Below, one piece after another: positions 1 through 2,956 of a stretch of DNA of 2,956 bases; positions within the stretch are counted from its first letter, which is position 1, and each line of letters begins with the position of its first letter. Source of the DNA: Naegleria gruberi (lineage: Eukaryota); NCBI GenBank assembly GCA_000004985.1, contig GG739240.1; one strand, written 5' to 3'. Position numbers and translations under genes: made by a program. The notes beneath the pieces are model-generated. The model was not told the origin of the DNA. It ran no database searches and worked only from the letters and a program-made list of their open reading frames with translations.

Positions 1-760
1 TTTCTTCTTCTTCTGATTCAGATTTTTTACTTGATTTTCTAGTTGATTTTTTTCTGGCTACTCTTGACGGTGGTTCTTCTTCTTCAGATTCGGAATTAGA
101 TTGTTGTTCTTGTTCAAGTACATGTTCTTCTTCTTCTGTTTTTTTCTTTTTAGATGATCTTGTTTCATATTTTCTACCTTCATTCTTGGAGGAGGTATCA
201 ACAGAATTGCTTTTGGAATTTTTTTTGGTTGGTTGTTCATTTAATTTAATAATTCTTGTTTTAAATGTTTTTACACTCTTATCATTCTCGTCAACCAATT
301 CCAACCACTCGTGATCAAGATCAGTGGTTTTACTGAAATCCATTTCTAAAATTCCACACACCTTAAATGACTTTTTTAATTTTTTAATTCCTAAAATGTA
401 AAATAATGATGAAATGTTGGATTTTTTAAATCGTACAACAGATTCACTGATTAGTTGGTTTCCAGTATTCTTGATAGTAATGCTTTTAAAGAGATCAGTT
501 GGTTTTCCCTTAATATTTACAGGGTCCCCTAATTTGTAATAGGTTTCAAAGGAGTTCTCATCTTCTGAATTTTGCTTGTTAGTTGTTTGCTCCGGAATTT
601 TAGATGAATCGGGTGTCGATTCATGAACATCAATTGTTGATTCAGAAGTACTAGTGGACGATGGTAAATTATTGTTGGATTTTGATGATGAAATATTATC
701 TCCAACAACATTTTCTTGTATTTCGTTACTTGTTGATTGTGATGATTCACTTGAAGACAT
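1..760 (-). CDS. Protein-coding gene, N-terminus complete (ATG at 760-758), C-terminus beyond the window start. Ser/Asn/Thr-rich acidic N-terminus, a roughly 110-aa non-repetitive core (…YYKLGDPVNIKGKPTDLFKSITIKNTGNQLISESVVRFKKSNISSLFYILGIKKLKKSFKVCGILEMDFSKTTDLDHEWLELVDEND…), then a Lys/Glu-rich charged tail (…KKKKTEEEEHVLEQEQQSNSESEEEEPPSRVARKKSTRKSSKKSESEEEE…). Function unknown.
   Basis: Hand translation of the reverse complement from 760 gives an uninterrupted reading frame of 253 codons to position 1: MSSSESSQSTSNEIQENVVGDNISSSKSNNNLPSSTSTSESTIDVHESTPDSSKIPEQTTNKQNSEDENSFETYYKLGDPVNIK… An in-frame TGA lies 9 nt upstream of the ATG (complement of 770-772), so this is the first ATG of the frame. 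The start context is A-rich (AAAAAAATGTC), as in yeast. Codon use is AT-rich yeast-like with no CTG codons. The ORF track omitted it, presumably because it has no stop inside the window. Confidence 0.75.
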   Translation of the reverse strand, partial: MSSSESSQSTSNEIQENVVGDNISSSKSNNNLPSSTSTSESTIDVHESTPDSSKIPEQTTNKQNSEDENSFETYYKLGDPVNIKGKPTDLFKSITIKNTGNQLISESVVRFKKSNISSLFYILGIKKLKKSFKVCGILEMDFSKTTDLDHEWLELVDENDKSVKTFKTRIIKLNEQPTKKNSKSNSVDTSSKNEGRKYETRSSKKKKTEEEEHVLEQEQQSNSESEEEEPPSRVARKKSTRKSSKKSESEEEE

Positions 761-930
761 TTTTTTTAGTCAATTTTAATGCCTTATTAAATAAACATCT
801 TTGAAAATTAAATTGTATTCGGAATTTAATGATGAATCATTTTTCACAAAAATTGCATTACTTTTCGGCTGAAAATATTTACCAAATAATTGTCCAATTG
901 TTTTTGGTTTTAAATTATATGTTTTTAGGT
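761..930 (-). promoter_or_regulatory. Probable 5' UTR and proximal promoter of the minus-strand gene. The segment is AT-rich and lies between the ATG and the first repeat copy.
   Basis: Position only: it sits immediately upstream, in the gene's orientation, of ATG 760-758 and contains no ORF. I could not pin down a clear TATAAA. Confidence 0.3.
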
Positions 931-1135
931 TTTGGATCCCATGTCAACCCCTATTTATTAAGCTTTTCTCCTTAAATACATTAACAATATATATCACAAA
1001 TGATGTCAAAAGATGGTGATGGTAATGGGGCACAATATACGGCTGATGTGAAATTGTTAAATATTTATATATATCAAGTTATGATGGTGGCTAGTGGCAA
1101 TAAAATCACTTGATCAAAATTATTTTTGCCGGTTG
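931..1135 (+). repeat. Direct repeat, copy 1 (about 205 bp). It starts TTTGGATCCCATGTCAACCCC… and contains TATATATA at 1067-1074, which is LTR-U3-like if the repeat is an LTR.
   Basis: Base-by-base alignment to 2753-2956 at a constant offset of 1822. There are only two substitutions in the first ~188 bp (1017 g vs t; 1098 c vs t). The last ~17 bp are more divergent (one substitution, one 1-nt T-run indel, then breakdown), which suggests the homology ends near 1135. Confidence 0.9.
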
Positions 1136-1156
1136 ATCAAACCGAAAAACGCGCGG
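1109..1156. promoter_or_regulatory. Cluster of palindromic and CpG motifs at the distal edge of repeat copy 1: TTGATCAA twice (1110-1117 and 1133-1140), GCCGG (1128-1132), CGG-N9-CCG (1130-1144) and ACGCGCGG (1149-1156).
   Basis: The sequence is cacTTGATCAAAattatttttGCCGGTTGATCAAACCGaaaaACGCGCGGaaaag. There are five CpGs in about 30 bp, against roughly one CpG per 80-100 bp elsewhere in the window. The cluster is about 370-400 bp upstream of the minus-strand gene's ATG. Confidence 0.2.
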
Positions 1157-1231
1157 AAAAGTTAAAAATAGATTCAAGTTGATGTGAAAATGGCTCAGAA
1201 TCGAAAGGATTAACAAAGCTTACTACTATAT

Positions 1232-1265
1232 TGGAAGTGAAAGTGCCATTTGGCACTCACTTCCA
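1232..1265. repeat. Interrupted palindrome that could form a hairpin: TGGAAGTGA-aa-GTGCCA-tt-TGGCAC-TCACTTCCA. The stems are 9 + 6 bp with a 2-nt bulge and a small loop.
   Basis: Read directly: the reverse complement of 1257-1265 (TCACTTCCA) equals 1232-1240, and the reverse complement of 1251-1256 (TGGCAC) equals 1243-1248. Confidence 0.85.
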
Positions 1266-2095
1266 TCAACTTTATCATAGAAATCACTCTTGAAACATGA
1301 ATTGTACTATAATGTGTGAGTAACATACTGTTGTTGGAATTGATCAATAACTCTATGAAATGACTGAGATGGAACGTAAACCTTCTTCTAAGGTAAGTTA
1401 GTGGAATTTAAGATACTGAGCCATGAATGTGAAACTTTCTCAGATTGTTCTCCTCATCTAGGGAAGTGTATTCATATTTGATACTTGTATGATATTTTGA
1501 AAAATGAATGAGATGGAGTATATTCTATATGTTGAAATATGACAATTTGACAGATTGTTATTATTATCATATTGAATTCGATTCTAAAACACTAAAAATG
1601 ATACCAGTTGTATATCAGTGTGACTAAACGTACATGGTAAAGTTACACGATAATAGGATGTACTTTCATTGAGATAGAGTGTACACTTGGATATAATCAC
1701 TCTTGACATTGAACATTTACTGATTGACTGAATGTAAGTTTCATGAATTGTTTCAATACGTATATGGATGTATATAAATGATGTATATAATGTGTGTTAT
1801 CAATTCTAGACTAATTTCATATAAAATAAGTGAGTTGGAGCATAATCTTTGATTTTATGTCAAAGTTCTATAGTAAAATGATAGAGTTGACAACTCAATA
1901 TCTACTGAACCAATATTAATGAAATTGATATCATATGCTAATTAGAGTGTCTACATATCATGGTATTAATTTCAGTGAAAATGGAGTTGTTTCTGGTCCC
2001 TTCAGATTTCCATCCATTCTCCTTGACAATCACCATGTACTATCCACTGGATGCATTTCTTGAAATGAAAATATATAATTTGATGAAAGTTCACT

Positions 2096-2116
2096 TTATT
2101 TGAGATGTAGAACACG
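2096..2116 (+). repeat. 21-bp near-identical direct repeat, member A: TTATTTGAGATGTAGAACACG.
   Basis: It matches 2398-2418 (TTATTTGAGATGTTGAACATG) at 19 of 21 positions. The spacing is 302 bp, about two array periods. Confidence 0.7.
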
Positions 2117-2397
2117 ATATTATCATTTATTTTGAGATTAGTAATTTTTCCTATAGTATCATCCTTAATTGTCTTAATTGACCTAAAGAGGTAAAGGAGA
2201 GATTTCAAAACATAAAATAAATGATATTTACGAGATGTACTATTGATTTCCAACCGATTGATATGTATTTTGTAGATTGAGGATGAAGTTCTGAAGAGTT
2301 CCTCCTTAACTTACCAAGTCAACCCTGATATTTCACCCTTTACCTTAGTGAATGATGGAATGTTCACTAAAACGTCTAAAAACTGAATCATATACAT

Positions 2398-2418
2398 TAT
2401 TTGAGATGTTGAACATGG
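2398..2418 (+). repeat. 21-bp near-identical direct repeat, member B. It is followed by ACATGGTGGTAAAGTTGCA (2413-2431), which also matches ACATGGTAAAGTTACA at 1632-1647.
   Basis: Direct alignment with 2096-2116, and with 1632-1647 (a 3-nt GGT indel and one substitution). Confidence 0.7.
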
Positions 2419-2752
2419 TGGTAAAGTTGCATAGAGTGGTCATTTTCCAGATTTTCATCCATGTCCACAGTTGACTAGATGGCATGTTAGAGTTGAAATC
2501 GTGAATATAAAAGTGAAAATAAACTTAATATTCTATCTATACTCATCGAATGGAGCATTTTCATATATAATTTATTGATTGAAGTGATGTATTTGGGTTT
2601 GGATATTAATCTGCGCTCTTAAACATCATTATTTATAAGACTTCATATACATCAATATATATCATTAGATAGGAAATGTTCACGCCTACATGTTGATATA
2701 TAATTTTAATATTGGTTGCTATCAAATAATGGAGATAATCAACTCGTTTGGG

Positions 2753-2956
2753 TTTGGATCCCATGTCAACCCCTATTTATTAAGCTTTTCTCCTTAAATA
2801 CATTAACAATATATATCACAAATGATGTCAAAAGATGGTGATTGTAATGGGGCACAATATACGGCTGATGTGAAATTGTTAAATATTTATATATATCAAG
2901 TTATGATGGTGGCTAGTGGTAATAAAATCACTTGATCAAAAGTATTTTGCCGGTGT
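2753..2956 (+). repeat. Direct repeat, copy 2. It is cut by the window end, so its true 3' boundary is unknown.
   Basis: About 98% identity with 931-1135. The flanks upstream of the two copies do not match each other (the ten bases upstream of each copy, 921-930 vs 2743-2752, are only about 50% similar). Confidence 0.9.

Larger units (their letters stand above)
1365..2737 (+). repeat. Degenerate, strand-polar tandem array with a period of about 150 bp. Anchor motif TGAGATGGAG and variants.
   Basis: Anchors on the + strand: 1365 TGAGATGGAAC, 1509 TGAGATGGAGT, 1670 TGAGATAGAGT, 1831 TGAGTTGGAGC, 1976 TGAAAATGGAGTT, 2101 TGAGATGTAGA, 2231 CGAGATGTACT, 2402 TGAGATGTTGA, 2546 TCGAATGGAGC, 2727 TAATGGAGATA. 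Spacings are 144, 161, 161, 145, 125, 130, 171, 144, 181. Secondary shared blocks recur within units: 'cAGATTGTT…CTCATC' at 1441 and 1551, 'CAGATTTTCATCC' at 2449, and 'TAGAGT[GT]' at 1676, 1882, 2433 and 2489. Exact TGAGATG occurs four times where about 0.1 is expected at this base composition, and only on this strand. Confidence 0.45.
931..2956 (+). repeat. One complete 1822-bp period bounded by the two ~205-bp direct repeats. It is either one unit plus the start of the next in a higher-order tandem repeat, or a non-autonomous LTR-bounded element (LARD/TRIM-like) with a non-coding interior.
   Basis: Repeat copies in the same orientation 1822 bp apart. The interior (1136-2752) has no ORF over 83 aa and is itself a degenerate ~150-bp array. 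I found no convincing PBS next to 1136 and no polypurine tract before 2753, and TG…CA termini are ambiguous. Confidence 0.3.

Noticed and set aside
58-240. ORF-track minus-strand ORF of 60 aa (MNNQPKKIPKAILLIPPPRMKVENMKQDHLKRKKQKKK…).
   Set aside because: It is lysine-rich only because it reads the real gene's K/E-rich tail in another frame.
529-750. ORF-track minus-strand ORF of 73 aa (MNHHNQQVTKYKKML…).
   Set aside because: It starts at a GTG (complement of 748-750) that the ORF track translated as Met, not an ATG, and is out of frame with the long continuous ATG-initiated frame from 760. It is a shadow ORF inside the real CDS.
921-930. Possible TG…CA LTR termini (TGTTTTTAGG before copy 1; …TTGATCA at its end).
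   Set aside because: The bases upstream of copy 2 (ACTCGTTTGG) align poorly with those upstream of copy 1. Clean homology begins at TTTGGATCC, and the 3' end of copy 2 is outside the window. LTR termini cannot be established here.
1000-1050. C/D-box snoRNA-like elements (ATGATGT … CTGA) in the repeat.
   Set aside because: There is no terminal stem pairing box C with box D, no convincing D box at the 3' side, and the TGATG strings are explained by the array's GATGG motif.
1361-1458. Intron-like arrangement: ATG…AAG|GTAAGT (1393) … TACTGAG (1412) … CAG| (1439-1441).
   Set aside because: The branch site is a poor match to TACTAAC, the would-be intron is only about 49 nt, and the spliced product would be a 16-aa peptide (MTEMERKPSSKIVLLI*). 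This is most likely a chance splice-signal lookalike inside the satellite unit.
1851-1863. ARS-consensus-like TTTTATGTCAA and other A/T-rich near matches to WTTTAYRTTTW.
   Set aside because: Partial matches to an 11-bp AT-rich consensus are expected by chance many times in 3 kb of 30% GC DNA, and the ACS is specific to Saccharomyces.
2002-2253. ORF-track minus-strand ORF of 83 aa.
   Set aside because: The composition is low-complexity I/K/F/Y, typical of AT-rich non-coding DNA. There is no supporting start context, it overlaps the degenerate tandem units, and nothing comparable appears in the other repeat units.
931-2956. CRISPR array, or rRNA, tRNA or telomere repeats.
   Set aside because: The context is eukaryote-like. 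The repeats are long, degenerate and not interspersed with unique spacers of regular size. There is no cloverleaf, no 5S or rDNA-like sequence, and no Candida-type 23-bp telomere repeat.

Overview
This is an AT-rich window (about 30% GC) that looks like the nuclear genome of a yeast-type eukaryote, possibly a CTG-clade Candida or Debaryomyces-like species (a guess based on composition and codon use: no CTG codons, AGA arginine). There is one real gene. A minus-strand CDS starts at the ATG at 760-758 and runs off the window start, at least 253 codons. The supplied ORF track missed it because it is open-ended; the two minus-strand ORFs the track reports inside it are out-of-frame shadows. The remaining roughly 2.2 kb (761-2956) has no credible ORF and has internal structure at several scales. 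A ~205-bp direct repeat occurs at 931-1135 and again at 2753-2956, exactly 1822 bp later, at about 98% identity. The sequence between the copies is a strand-polar, degenerate tandem array with a ~150-bp period; the anchor motif is TGAGATGGAG-like and occurs about ten times, 125-180 bp apart. Taken together this looks like a higher-order repeat or an LTR-bounded non-coding element. The region also contains a strong 34-nt interrupted palindrome (1232-1265). A cluster of CpG-containing motifs (GCCGG / CGG-N9-CCG / ACGCGCGG) sits at 1128-1156, with two TTGATCAA palindromes at 1110-1117 and 1133-1140 (the second is the CGG-N9-CCG spacer), in an otherwise CpG-poor region. I found no rRNA, tRNA, CRISPR array or intact transposon ORF. 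Any role as satellite, centromere or LTR element is inference and needs a view beyond this window.
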